Assembly: GCF_009914755.1 (NCBI RefSeq)
Contig: NC_060927.1
DNA from: the human T2T-CHM13v2.0 reference genome, Homo sapiens
Length of the DNA stretch: 64,000 nucleotides
Strand: one strand, 5' to 3'
Under the pieces are notes generated by a model. It searched no databases, was not told the origin of the DNA, and was given only the letters and a program-made list of their open reading frames with translations. Positions 35,310-49,520 of this stretch are shown here, in pieces. Both the position numbers and the translations under genes were made by a program. The stretch's first letter is position 1. Every line of letters starts with the position of its first letter.

Positions 35310-36680
35310 TTAGCTTGTATCTGTTTGGATGCTTTGAACTATAACAGAAAATATGACTAAAAGTGGCTTAAACAGTAAGGATGAGTATATTTGTAAGAGA
35401 GCTCACTAGATTTCTAACAAAAACTTTTCCCCATATTTGGTTCAGAGATACACTATGTCTCCCAGCCTCTCTTGAAGTTAGATGAAGTTGTCTGTAAATT
35501 TTTATGTTCTCTTCAATAGAATATGAGTGGAAGTCGTATGTCACTTCCTGGCCTAGCCCATAAAAACCTCCTATGTGGATTTTCCCATGCTATTTCTCTT
35601 TCCCATGACTTGATGCAAAAGAGAAGGCAGAGCTACAGATGAAAAAACCCTGAATCCCTAAATGACCATGCGGAAAGGAAATATCCTCACTGACTTGAAT
35701 ACCACTGACCATTACATGAACAAGAAGTAAGCAATTACCTTAAGTTACTGGATTTAGGGGGTATAAATTTTTTATAGACACTTAGTCTACCCTAATACAT
35801 TATTTCACTATACAAAAGAAAAGAGATAGGATTGAGTTAGCACCTCAATTGTGGATTTTCTACTTGTTCTGCTCTGCTATGTTCTCCTTGGTGTGTTGGC
35901 AAAATCTCCTACCATGGCTGCAAGATATCTGTAGCTGCAAGCATAATACCCTCACCCAATATGTATGGAAGCAAAATTAGAAGGAAGATCTATATATCCA
36001 TATCTATGTCTATATGTGTCTATCTATATCTCTTATTGGAAAGTAAAACTTTCTCTAGGACCCCTCAGCAGACTTCCGCATCTTCTCACTGGCCAAAACT
36101 GAGTCTTATGTTCTCTAGTCATTAGTAAAGGAATTGAGAGCACCATGACTAGATAAAGCTAACTCTGATTTTTCCCCTATATTAGTTCCTTCTCACACTG
36201 CTATAAAGACATACCTGAGACTAGGTAATTTATAAGAAAAATGGTTGAATTTGTTTATGGTTCTGTGGACTGTACAGGCTTCTGCTTCTGGGGAGGCTTC
36301 AGGAAACTTACAATTATGGTGGAGGGTGAAGGGGAAGCAAACACATCTTTACACGGTGTCAGGAGAGAGACAGAGAGAAGGGGGACATGCTACACACTTT
36401 CAAACAACCAGCTATTGTGAGAACTCTATCACGAAAACAGCAAGGGGGAATTCCACCACCATGATCCAATCACCTCCCACAAGGCCCCACCTCCAATACT
36501 GGAAATTATAACTCAATGTGAGATTTGGGTGGAAATACAGAGCCAAACCATATTATATCCTAAGACTGGAGAAATACCTCCTTAACTAAGGGCGCTGATA
36601 CCTACCCAATTCCCAAAATGGATTCTGTTAGCAAAGAAGAAAGAAGGAACTGGTGTTACATAGACAATCAGAAATATGAC
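35310..36680. mobile_element. Nested MaLR LTR cluster (MLT1 host containing an MLT1G/H-like LTR at about 35390-35800 and MSTA)
   Basis: Inner element ends cttagtctaccctaataca; host motifs aaaagtggcttaaacagtaagg, ctcactggccaaaactgagtc and gattctgttagcaaagaagaa. Confidence 0.55.
36178..36555 (-). mobile_element. MSTA (MaLR) solo LTR
   Basis: tattagttccttctcacactgctataaagacatacctgagactaggtaattt ... tgagatttgggtggaaatacagagccaaaccatatta. Confidence 0.9.
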
Positions 36681-37479
36681 CCAAACCTGCTTCTTCCAAG
36701 TATCCAAATTCTATATTATGAAGGCCTAATGAAGTAGTCTGTCATTAAGAGGATCCTAGTAGGAATTATAAAATGCAGATAGGCAAAATCTAAGTTTCTT
36801 TAACAGAATGGGGTAATGGGCTGGGAAGTCTAATAAATTTATAATATCTGTTGTGCTATAAATTATAATGCAGGGCATATAATACTAAATGGTATAGACA
36901 GAAACACGGATAAAGGACTACAGAAAATTAAAGGTGAAAAAGAGCCTACAATTGGAAAGATTGAAGGGGTCATTTGAACCAGGCCTTAAGAGATCATCAT
37001 TACTTAATAGAAATATGGGAATGAAGTTCAAGTGAAAATAAGAACATAATCAAGTGCACATAAAAGGAAATTCTGAGAAGAGAGGAGAATGAAGTAGCAG
37101 AGAGTTCATATTTCATGTGCACCAGGAAGGCTGGAGAGCAAGCATACAGACAGCCATAAGAAGAAGGTTTCTCAATTGCAATATTTATCTTGACACTTCA
37201 ACCAACTGCTTTCCTTCATACACTCAAAGCTCTTCCTCCAGGAGACTGTGAATCTGAGGCACCTGACTTTGCCCAGATCTTCTCATTTACCTCAGCGCTT
37301 CAGACTTTACCAGATGGATAATCCTTGACAACAACCAACCAAAGTCACTTCCCATCCCTCTCCCAAACTTAAGAGAAAGTTTACTCTATCCTCCATTCCA
37401 GCCTAGTATCTGCTATAATTCCTTGAAGAGAGCCTCCTGACCCCTCTCAATTTGATACTATAACAAAAATGATGTTCAC

Positions 37480-37730
37480 TGCTTATAAATTTACTTTGCA
37501 TTCAGCCCCAACTCATTGCCAGTGCTGTACCAATACCTCTAGCTATATTATTTTATTTCATTTTAATTCCAATATGATGATATTGATATTAATGTGTCCA
37601 TTTTACAGATAAGGAAATGTAGGCTCCAAAAAGTTAAATCATTGGCTCATAATCACAATGCTAGTATGTGGTACAGCCAGGATTCAAAGCCAGATGCATC
37701 TTACTCTAAAGTCAATGATCTTTCCATAAC
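37480..37730 (-). mobile_element. MIR
   Basis: tccattttacagataaggaaatgtaggctccaaaaagttaaatc...ggattcaaagccag. Confidence 0.7.
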
Positions 37731-38649
37731 TCCGCACTTTACTGATATAATGGCCAAGCTACATTTCATAAAAGGGATTTTCTGTTATTCTAACCTTCTT
37801 CAAAGTTGTCAGTGCTGTTCCTATATCAGAAGTTCCAGCAGGCAGTACATCATAGAAGGCTTTTAAAGCAGAGAATAAATAAGAAAAAAAGAGAAGAGTT
37901 TGACACAATCTTAGACAAGGACTGTAATGATAGAAGGAAGTGAAACTCATTTAAAGAAACTCATTTAAAAATTGGTTTTAGGATTTCATAAGAATCTCAT
38001 GGAATCCAGTTGCAAAAAGTAGAACTTTGGGAATTGGACTATTCCTGAGTAGTTAGTCTCTCCATTTCTCTCTTCCTGAGCCCCTGTGGCCTCTAGGTCC
38101 AGGTTGGCATTGGTCATATGCTTCATTCTTCTTTTTCTGGAGAAAAACTTCTATGCTCACTCAGATACCTACCTAGGCGGCAGCCTCACTCAGCCTTTGG
38201 GTCAATCTGACTTTCAAAATCAACTCCTTAAAAATAACTGACTCTCATCTTTTTTCCAATGCCCATGCAAAGAAAATACTAACTCCCATCTTGATTAAAT
38301 ATTCTCCCCTAGCCTGTTTCACTGCTGTCCCATGAATTATAGTCCTTCCCTTCTAGAACTTCAGGCAATACAGATTGTCTAAGAAGAAGGTATGGTGGTG
38401 GGTATATTAGGAAAGTAGGGAAGAGTTAGTTATGGTGGAAATTAATGCAATGTCTTAGACTCTCCAGAAGGCTACCACTACAGAAAATGGCAGAGGGCTC
38501 AGAAATTAACACAGAAAATAAGTAAACCACTCCAAGTCATAACTATACCAGGATGGTGTATATTAATATTTATTAGTCTTAGCCACTATTTTTAAGTGCA
38601 AGAATACGTCTTATGCTTATGAAATATATTGACAGTGTGTTTTAAAGGA

Positions 38650-38850
38650 TTCTAACTAAGGCCCATGGCAGCCACCATGTTTTTATAAATAAAGCTTTAT
38701 TGGAACATAGGTGTACCCATTAAAGTATGATCTATTGCTGCTTTTACACTGTAATAGCAGAGTTAAATAATTGCAGTAGAGATCCTATGGCTCATAAAGC
38801 CTAAAATGTTTACTATCTGTCTCCTTATTAAAAAGTTTGCCAATACACTG
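38650..38850. mobile_element. MER58A-like hAT-Charlie MITE
   Basis: tttttataaataaagctttattggaaca...aaagcctaaaatgtttactatctg...aaaagtttgccaatacactg. Confidence 0.8.
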
Positions 38851-39163
38851 TTCTGTATAGGATCACTATTTTCAACAATTAATTTACAAAGTCATTTTTA
38901 ACTTTCTGAAGTACCACATAAAAAAAGGCTTGGGTTTGGTTTTTTTTTTTTTTTTTTTTTAACAATAATAGAGTCTATTAGAGTTACATAGGCCTTATAT
39001 AGAAAATGGCCTTTTCAAGCTTAGCATTGGGAGATAAGATAGGTCTGGTCTCAGAAAACATAGAATTCACCAACATATGCCAGTGTTCTTCCATTCTTCA
39101 CAGTACTTGAGGAGATATTTTGGAGGTTGGAGGTAACCAAAGCTTTCAATTGAAAAATAATAT

Positions 39164-39459
39164 GGCTAGGTGCTGTGACTCACTCCTGGAATTCCAGCAC
39201 TTTGGGAGGCCAAGGCAAGCAGATCACCTGAGGCCAGGAGTTCAAGACCATCCTGGCCAACACAGTGAAACCCTGCCTCTACTAAAAATACAAAAATTAG
39301 CTGGGTGTGGTGGTGCAAGCCTGTAGTCTCAGTTACTCAGGAGGATGAGGTGAGTGGATCACTTGAACCTGGGAGGCGGAGGTTGCAGTGAGCTGAGATC
39401 ACACCACTGCACTCCAGCCTGGGTGACAGAGTGAGACTCCATCTCAAAAGAAAAGAAAA
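39164..39459 (+). mobile_element. Alu (old AluS-like)
   Basis: Full dimer with (GAAAA)n tail; perfect 12-bp TSD gaaaaataatat (39152-39163, 39460-39471). Confidence 0.95.
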
Positions 39460-40106
39460 GAAAAATAATATATTCATGGGAAGCGAGGGGTATGTGTATG
39501 GTTACTACATTCAGGTAAAGTGTCACTTAACAGATTACCATTTTCACCCCTTAGATACGCATAAATACCATATCTTGGACTTGAAACCAGAATATCTGAT
39601 GTTGAAGCCCTGGCTGCTACTCTTACAACCATGGCATGTCAGAGTTTCTCATCTCTCATCTGCAAAATGCAGGACCTTTAATGAGATCAAATGCAATGAA
39701 GAATGCAAAAGGGTTTTTATAGGCAGCTAGGTGCAGCACGAAATGTAATGTGTAATTAGGGATGGTTAGTTAACATTCCAGCCAACCTTTGATTACATTT
39801 AACTCTAAAATTTCTGTTGTCTAGGGCCCTAGACAATAGCAAAATACATTCTTACCACACCATGTAAGGTCTAGGTTTCAGGAATGAGAGAGAACAAATA
39901 TTTGTGTGTACTCCCTCTGTGTAACTTCCTTGGAATACATGATTTCCTCAAATCCTCATAACCACCTTGTGAAATATGAATCATTATTTGCATTTGACAG
40001 ATGAAGGGCAAAAGTTTAATATGTTTCTCCGAGTCCTTTAGGGTAACTAACTCATCCCAGTTTGTCTGGGACTCTCCTAGGTTAGCACGGAAAAACAAGT
40101 AAGCTG

Positions 40107-40575
<469 letters not shown>

Positions 40576-41107
40576 TTACTTGTCTACACACTCAATTGTT
40601 CTCAGTGAGCCCATTTTATAATGATGTCTCTATTGGATGTCTATGGGCAGTGACCAAGAACCTGTTCACTCACACAATGGGTTTCTTAGTCCTTAGTGAG
40701 AAGGATATTTTGCTCACAAATGCTTTAAACACAACAGAGGAGGGGCCCAGCCAGAGGTATTCTACCTAAATATTTTCCTTTCATTATTATTAGTGCAAAG
40801 CAGTTGGATTAGTCCTCCTACCATTTTCTGTCATCTCTCAAGCAAAAACCTAGGATGATGTTAGAAGATATCTGAAACACTGAATGGCTGTAAAACAGAG
40901 GGTTGGAGAGCAGCAAATCTTGTAATAAATTCAGTTATTCTCTGGCTATTTCTGTCCCACATCTATGCACTTACTTACCAGCAGCTAAGTAGGATCATGC
41001 TTTTCACTTTATTCTAATGGAAACATGTTTCTAAGTAAAAAGCTAAAAATGATTATACTGTGGTAGAAAGAGACTTCAACATACTAAATATTAATACCTC
41101 TGGAAGA

Positions 41108-41217
41108 AGTACTACCTGCTAGGTTCTCACCCAAACCTAATATATGAAGAAGGAGAACTCTGAGTACTACCTGCTAGGTTCTCATCCAAACCTAATATAT
41201 GAAGAAGGAGAACTCTG
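41108..41217. repeat. 55-bp tandem duplication (2 copies, 1 mismatch)
   Basis: agtactacctgctaggttctca(c/t)ccaaacctaatatatgaagaaggagaactctg at 41108-41162 and 41163-41217. Confidence 0.95.
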
Positions 41218-41254
41218 AGGACTATAGAGAATAACAGATTTTACACTACAACCA

Positions 41255-42446
41255 TCTCTCCCACTTATATTTCCAGCCCAAATCCTTCCTCTGAATGTCA
41301 GACTTATATCTCCTGCTACTTAGCAGACATCTCCATTTTGATGTCTCTCTAATAGCTATCTCAAACTTAACATGTCCAAAATCAAATTCACAGGCTGCCC
41401 TTGTACGTTGTGTGTCAGGGGACCCCCAAGTCCACACTCTGGCTTGATGACTGACTAGAAGCACTCACCGGAATCAGAAAAGCTCTTATATTCAGGCGAT
41501 GGTTTATTATAGTGAAAGGATATTGATGACAATCATCAAAGGGAAAAAGTGCATGACCTGCTGTGTTAACCCTTTCCTGTGCAACTTGATTCTCCCTGTC
41601 TTCCTTATATATGTCAATAGCAACCTCATTTTTCCAGACAATGAAGTCAACCTTGGAGTGATTCTTGACTCCTCTTTTTGTCTCCCTTATCCCACATTAA
41701 ATCCATCAGTAAATTCTGTTAGTTATACCCACATAATTTATTTATATTTTCAACCACTTCTCCCAACCTTGATCCAGGGTACCATTCTGTATCACCCAGG
41801 TTATTGCAATGGCCTCTTACCTAATTTCCATACTTCCATCCTTACTTTACCACAGTCTACTCTCAACACAGCAACCAGAGTAAATCTTTTATAATGGAAG
41901 TCAGGCTAGGTTCCCCCTCTAATAAAATTCTCCACTGCCATCCTATTTCAATGGCCCATGTCAATGTCCCAGAGGCATTCCCCCAATTACACTTCTGACC
42001 CTACCTCCTCCTACACTCTACCATGATCACTCCTTATCAAGCCATAGTGGCCACTTCACTATTCTTCAAACACATGTAGCACACTCCTGCCTCAGGGCCT
42101 TTGGACTTGCTATTTTGCCTGCCTAAAATGCTCTTCCCCAAATATCTGTAATGTCTATTCACTCGCCTGTTTCATGTTTCTGCTCAAATGTCAACATATT
42201 GGTGAATTCTACTCTGACCATTGGACGTAGAAGAATATGTCTACCATAACTTGACATAGCCCCTATCCTGTTTATTTTATGCTACATACTTATTTAACTA
42301 AATATTTACTGTCTATTCTTTATCTGGTTTATAACTAGATATAAACTTCATGAGGGCAAGAATATATTTTTGTTCACTACTGCAGCTTCAGTGTCCAGAT
42401 AAGTGCCAGGCACATGGTTTATAAATATCCACGGAATTAATGAATG
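41255..42446 (+). mobile_element. L2a 3' portion interrupted by a MER21-like fragment
   Basis: tctcaaacttaacatgtccaaaa, ccttggagtgattcttgactcctc, cctgcctcagggcctttggacttgct; ends aattaatgaatg. Confidence 0.85.
41410..41556 (-). mobile_element. MER21-like LTR fragment
   Basis: tgtcaggggacccccaagtccacac...atggtttattatagtgaaaggata...caaagggaaaaagtgcatg. Confidence 0.6.
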
Positions 42447-42616
42447 TGGTTCCCAGACAAGCAGCATCAGCACCACTGGGGAGCTGGTTAGAGATACAGA
42501 TTCTTCAACTCCATCTCAGGCCTACTGAATCAGAAACTCTGGGAGTAAAGCCCAGCAATCTATATTTAACAAGTCCACCTGGTGATCTTGATGCAAATAA
42601 AGCTTGAGACCCACTG
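42446..42616. mobile_element. MER5A hAT MITE
   Basis: cagcatcagcaccactggggagctggttagagatacaga...cctactgaatcagaaactctggg...gcttgagacccactg. Confidence 0.85.
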
Positions 42617-45600
42617 CTCTTATTCTTACACCCCTTATGTACAGATAATAGGGTTGGAGGGGCTAAATTAATCTCTGGGGTGACACACCTGGATTGTAAC
42701 CACACATATGTCTGTTTCCTGAGGCTGCCCACTCAACCACAATACTGTGATGGTTGCATTCGAGGTTATTTTTCTCTCAAAGAAACGTTCGTATTTTCCT
42801 CCTTGGAAGGAGGCAACCTGCGCAATTTCCTACTCTCAAGGCATAGTAACCTCTACTAAGCAGTGCCAGAATGGGGCAAAGACTAAGATTTGTCAAAAGC
42901 TACCTCCCTGGAGGCGCAGTTGTTTTTTGGAATTCCTGTTTCCCCTGCGAGACATCCTCTGCACTTTAAATCAAAAGAGCAAAAAATCTCCACCCACTGG
43001 TTCTGCTAGGACACTTATTCCGGCTTCCCTCATTCCCAGCCAAGCGCATCCACCACTGCAGCCTCAAAATTGATTGTTAAAAGAAACAAATAAATGGAGC
43101 TCTGTGGACTTGAAAGGCCTTGGTGACAAAGCAGACCCACAAGCCAGACTCAGTCGGCCCCACCTGTCAACCTGAAATGCTAACTGCAGGGCTGGGGGAA
43201 GAAGTCCCTTTGAGACTACCTACAAAACTGCTATTGGAAAGCAGGAAAGCAGGAAAGCATCTTCCCTCTGCAGTCTGTGACCTCCCCCCTGCTAGTGGTT
43301 AGCAATGCCACATCTTTTAAGGTGCTTAGTCCTTCTTGGCTTCCCACGTGCTTCCTTTCCTCCTCACTCTCCACGTTTACCTTCAGTAATAAACAGTGCT
43401 CCTGGTGAATCTTAGTAGGAAAAGAAGCCTAATCGGCATAGCCTTCCCTCAAGATTCAATAACCATAACAAGGAAGACAAATAAAGTTAATATTCTACCC
43501 TGTTGCTCTCACATAAGCCAACTGCTTCATTTCCTCCTTAAAATTCAGTCTCGCTTAGAATGTTTTCTGTCACACCAGGCAATCTCCTGAGGTTGAAAAA
43601 TGGCAAGAGGAAATTGTCTGCACAGACCCAGGAACCTAATCCCTTTATTTATCTAAATGCTAATGCCCACAGCCCAGCAGACCAGGAAAGGAGAAGGCAG
43701 GTGGGGGAGGTCCGCCATCTGACTACTTCCAAACCTCAGTTAGAGGTGGCAAAGCTGCCTCCTCTTCAGCACTGAGCATTGTGGCTACCAACTCAGCATC
43801 TGTTTCTGGGAGTGTATCCACAGGAAGAACTTGCAAGAGGAGGCAAGAAAGCCTCAGCACAGCTAAATATCCATTTGGGGTCCTGGAGGCTCATAGGAAA
43901 AATCCATTAATCCAGGAACATGCATCCTGCAGCCACTAAGTCTCAACCAATGAAGTAGGCATAACTGCCTTTTCACCATGGTATAGTTTCTAAAAAAGCA
44001 GCAACATAAGAAATGAAATACAGAATAGAATAGAATGTTAACATAAATAGTGTGGCAAACACTTTAAATATATTGGTTCTTATGTGATGCACTCCAATTT
44101 CCCAAGGGTTATTTATTCAAATATGAGAGGCTGAGAAAGTATAGGTAAAAGAGCATTAAGCTTGGACGCTAGCAGATTTGCATTCAAATGTTGCCTCTAA
44201 GACTTACTCCTGGCTATTACCTTGAGTAAGTCAATTAAAGTTACTAGGCTTCAGAGTCCAATGTACAGAAGGGGCCACTGTGAGCAATGTCCTGGCTGCA
44301 CGTTGGACTCCCCTGGGAAATTCATAAAACACTGAGGTCTTCTGTGATGTAACCTGGTCAGTGGAATTTGTTGAAAACTCTCCCAGATGATTCTCATAAG
44401 CAGTAGAGTATAAGTGCTACTGATTGTAAAACGTGAATGAGTTATAAATGTAAAACCCTGTCAGCTCTTGATAAGTGTCCCCACAACCTTTTTTAATGCT
44501 TATCGTTACTTCTATCAGAGAAAGAGCCCAGAAACAGAGAGTAGAAACACTCTAATCATCTAATCGTGTGATGTGCAGCTTATTTATATCTAGGCAAAAA
44601 CACTGATGGTGTAACTGCTGGCCAAGAGTATTTTGAGGATTATCTGTGGATTTACAACTTTTTTAGGTCATCCACCACATCCCATGACAGACAGCAGGCA
44701 GTGACTATATTTAGCAATAAGACGTGTTAATAAACTTCAAGGTGATGTTGGTGATATAACCATAAAGGATGTAAGAAATTATTATTAGGCCCATAAGGAA
44801 TTAAGGAAGTGTATTTTACCCTTGTGAGCACACTGAAGATTCATGCCTCTAAAATTAAACATTGAATTAGCTTAAAAAATAAGAAGTTTAAATCCAGTCA
44901 TGATAACTACGTATTTAACCTATTTCCCAGTTGATATCACCCAATTACAATATTCTTAAGGCTGGGATAACTGCTCCCTAATTAGAGAATTCTAACAGAG
45001 CTTAAAGTACTATTCCTGCTCTGACAGCTGACACATGAAATTCTTCATTTTCTGTTTTGGCCTACACCAATTCTCAATTCCTTTCTTCTCGGTTCTCTAT
45101 AAAATTTTGTATTCATTTTGAAAAATGAAACAAACAAAAAAGATAACATGAACATCTCAGCATTCTGGTAGCCTGAGGTCTTCCTAATCTCTTGGCTCTC
45201 TAACACACAGACAAATAAAAATGGCAGTGATAACCTGGAATGGTAAGTGGACTCAGAGTCTTCAAAACCCAGCTATGAATAAGCTAAGTGTCAGAGAGCA
45301 TTAGTCATACGTTAATTTGAAAATGCAAGGTGTCGTTTATACTGCACTTTAGCAATGTTCAACGCATTTCTTATTTTTAGTCAGAGGAATTAATTTATGC
45401 TTGTTAATTGTAAGGAGATATGTGTTTTAGTTCTCTATGACAAAATATCTGTTTAGAATATTTTGAGGATGTCCCAGTTTGGTATACTTCATAGATCATA
45501 CCCCGGCACTGTGTGTTTCTATATGGTAATGTGCACGGAAGGGAGGATACAAAGGAAACTCAAGTAGAAATGAGTCCGGAGGATTGATGGGTGAAAAGCT

Positions 45601-46138
45601 AAGGGCTTTGTGGGTGGCTCCATGAACCAGGATAACACAGAACATGTCCATTCTGAGAACCGACCATGAAATAAAGCAAAGAAGGAAACCAGGCAGTAAA
45701 TGGCAATCCAGCCAGAGTCCGAGGAACCATAAACAAATTGAAACGAAGGAGCATGTGGACAAATCCTAAAGGGAATAATGGCAGTAAGGATGTGCACACA
45801 CAAGAGACAAAAATAAATTCTACCCAGTGCCTGCACAATCAAGGAATGAATTACATGTTTTAGTTCCCTTCGTTCTATATGCAAGTCTCTGAGGACAACC
45901 TCTAATGATTCCTGTGGACATGCGCATACATTTTTCCCTTTTCTGTCAATCATAAGCTCAGAAAGGATTGAGAATGGAATGCACTGGAATTTTAGCAGCA
46001 AGCGATTTATGGAGAACACACATACCAGAACTAAGTGGGTCAGGGGTCCAAGAAGATAGGCTTAGCCCTAAAGGTGGGCCCACGGGGGTCAGGTGAACTG
46101 TAATAAAAATAATATTTACATTAATAAGTAATGTGTGA

Positions 46139-46270
46139 CTCAGGAGACTGAGGCAGGAGAATCACTTGAACCTGGGAGACGGAGGTTGTGGTAAGCTGAG
46201 GTCGCACCATTGCACTCCAGACTGGTTAACAAGCTCAAAACTGCGACTCAAAAAAAATAATAATAATAAA
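46139..46270 (+). mobile_element. 5'-truncated Alu (right-arm part only, AluSq/Sp-like)
   Basis: Starts at ctcaggagactgaggcaggagaatc; perfect 16-bp TSD aataagtaatgtgtga (46123-46138, 46271-46286). Confidence 0.92.
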
Positions 46271-46411
46271 AATAAGTAATGTGTGATGAATATGCACTTA
46301 GTACTTTAAATGATTTATTCTTATTTGGCATTCTCAATAATTTTACTAGTAAGTCAAGATTTTTTGAGCTACAAAAAACATAACCCTCTACCTAAACTTA
46401 CTTAACCAGAA

Positions 46412-46713
46412 TTTTTTTGTTGTTATTGTTTGACACAGAGTCTTGCTCTATTGCCCAGGCCAGAGTACAATGGTGTGATCTTGGCTCACTGCAACCTCTG
46501 CCTCCCGGGTTCAAGTGATTCTCTCACCTCACCCTACTGAGTAGCTGGGATTACAGGCACGCACCACGACGCCTGGCTAATTTTTGTATTTTCAGTAGAG
46601 ACGGGGTTTCACCATGCTGGCCAGGCTGGTCTTGAACTCCTGGCCTCAAGTGATCTGCCCGCCTCAGCCCCTGCAAAGTGCTGGGATTACAGGCATGAGC
46701 CACTGTACCCGGC
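46412..46713 (-). mobile_element. AluS (Sx/Sz-like) inserted in an MLT1 fossil (about 46335-47150)
   Basis: Full antisense dimer; flanks resemble MLT1 (aaaatgactactgcagcttcagg, ggatactgggtaggcggcaaacc). Confidence 0.93.
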
Positions 46714-49520
46714 AAAATTTATCCTCTTAAAAAAGGAAGTCTAGTAGGTCACACTTCAGGATTGGGTTGACTTGGTCCTTTAACCATGTTATCAAATACC
46801 TCAGTTTCAATCTGTCCCCATGATGTCTCATGCTCAATGTTGGCTGTATCCTCAAAGTATAGCAAAATGACTACTGCAGCTTCAGGTTTTCACACCCAGT
46901 ATCTAGATGGAAAAGGGACTCCTCAGCCCTCTCTTCAGGGTCAAGGAACTGCCCAGCAGAAGACTTCCTCTTCCCTCTCAGTGGATATAATTGGGACATG
47001 TGTCCATTCTTAAAGCAAAGGGTGTGAGGTTTACTTTGCCTGAGGTGCATGGCTCTGTGGAGGAAGGATATAGGCCTGCACAAAACTAGAATTCAGTTGG
47101 AAAAAACAACAAAGGAATGGATACTGGGTAGGCGGCAAACCATGGCCACTATGTGACAACTATTGTTATCCTCTGAAAGAGAAAAGGAAGACCAGGGAAA
47201 ATTGAACACACTTCCCAAGGTCACACAGCAGTCAAGAGGCAGGACCAGGATGCCTTCCCAAAATGTCTGATTTCAAAGCCTACCCCTTAGGCCTCTGGCC
47301 ATATGCCTATGTTGATAAAAGAGGAGGGAAATGTTGAAATCAAAAGATACTACCCAGGAATATCTGGCAGTTATCTTGAAAGCAGACATTCAAGGTCCTA
47401 GAGTGCTTTGGCATTGGATCCCTTGTGATCGGGACTCTAGCCAGTAGCTGTAACAAAGGGAGCAAAATTCAACCTTCTCAAATGATCAGGCCAAAAATGA
47501 GACGGAGAATTAGGATCCTAGACATGCACATAGGCTGAGGCACTGCAGCAGGGTGAAGATAAGCTCAGCAGATAAGAAGACCCCACTACCTCAGGCCGCA
47601 TGACTAACTCCAGGCCCTGGGAAAACAGAAGGTGGACTGAAGTTGTGGTGAGACATAACCCAGGCAGGAGATGAGGCTCATCCAGCAAATCAGTGAGCCT
47701 GGAGAAGCTAGAAGCTGACTGGGGAAGTCAGGGGCTGACTCTGGTTGTGAAGCTCTAGTCCACTTTAAAACTAGCAAAATGGGGGAATCCGCAGTCCTAG
47801 AACTTTGCAATTTCCTTAGGAGTTGCTAAAATGCATAATAGGCAACAGGCACCCACCTTTCACCACCACAAGCCTCAAATCAGAAATGGACTATTAAGTA
47901 CTTCAAATATCTACAACTGGAGCAATGGAAACAGAAGTGTAAAAATAATATTAATGATAATAACAAGGTCACAGTGGGATTTTTTTCCCAGTAGGGAGGC
48001 TGACAATTACTCAAACTCTATATCATGTCTAAATTAATGACATAAAGATTTCCTTCAAGGACGTATTTGATACTGAATTTTTAGAACCATCCTTGAAAAC
48101 ACACTATTGTACTTCAGGCCCCTACTCGTGTCTGAATATGATCTTTTCTGACTGCTTCTCTTAGACATGAGGGCCCTCCTCTAATTCTGTTCTTGAGAAG
48201 GGAATGCCTAAATTAGTCACCTTAATGAAACCTCTGAAAACGCAAGGGTGAAGAACCAGTACTATTCTCCAATAATTGTATTCCTATAGAAAACATCTAC
48301 ACATTTCCCCTCTTGGGTGAAATCATTTATATTTAAATCAAAACAAAGCAACGTATGAAGCGGAAAGTTGAGCAAGAGGCTGGCTCATTTAGGCACCAGG
48401 GCCCCAGTTTCTCTTTAATTATCTGGACAGTTTGCAAACACGAAGAGTGGGTAGGAGGTGATGTAAACTCTCTGTGTATCATGATTTTTTTAAAAAAAAG
48501 TTTTAAACGAATCTTTGTATTATTCTTCTGCAATTTTCATTCACTGCTATCCTGTCCCTGCCATTCACCCAGCAACAAAGACTTTCTGCTCTACATGCTG
48601 CCCTCAGGGTAAGGTTGTTACAGCAAAAATGCATTGAAAAAGAAAGAGTAGTTGCACGACATGAAATTCCAAGCACACTTCTGAGGTCCTTGGTTAAAAG
48701 AACAAAACAAAACAAAAAAAACCAGTTGCTTTTAAAGAAGGGAATTTCTTTGCAAGAACCTGCATATTCAGATTAGCAAAAGAAAAGCATTTTATGGTTA
48801 ATAATAGATTTGAGGATGAAGAGCTGGCTATCCCCATCCCGTTCTGAGAGGATTAGAAAGAATAGCTCAGGGAGAGATGTGTGTATCTTGGAGTGGGCAA
48901 GGGGACACAGTGAGGAGGTGGGAAGTGGAGAGGCTGGTAGGGACCTTGTGACCAGCAGCAGAGTTAGTGTCACAAAGCTCCTCAGAGTTGGCCTGGTAGA
49001 GGAGGTCAGTGGGCAATACTAGCAGTTATCAGGAGCTGAGTCAGTATCTAGAGATCCTCCACTTGCCAGGGGAGGATGTACCATACTATTACCTCTACCA
49101 TGTACCAGTTATCCTTCTCAGGTCTTCAATAAACAGGATTCAGCAGCAGTGATGAGCCTGTACATTGTCCAGCAAGAGTAACATCATTTGATCCCTCCCC
49201 CAATTTGCTCAGTGGTGTCTGAATTACTCCATGGGTCAATTGACCCTTGTCAATGGCCCAGAGCAAATGGCAGCCACATAAGATGCTCCTATCCTCCTGA
49301 AGATAGGAACCTGGATGCCTAGAAAGTTGCTGATGTTGAAGATGGGAAAGACTCTACTAGGGTGAATGAACAAACTTGTTTGAGATCCCCTCTTAAGTCC
49401 CTCCAGTGATGAAAGGATGTTATCTCTTCAACATTGTAGGCTTATAACTTTGGCCTATGTAAGCCAAGTCTACAACAACAGTTATAAACCTAACATGCAT
49501 CAAATCTCCTCCAATAATAT

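Noticed and set aside
45519-46019. 166-aa minus-strand ORF, the longest outside recognised repeats
   Set aside because: GTG start, no recognisable domain, no promoter or splice context; one ORF of this length is plausible by chance in 64 kb. Ribo-seq or PhyloCSF support would be needed
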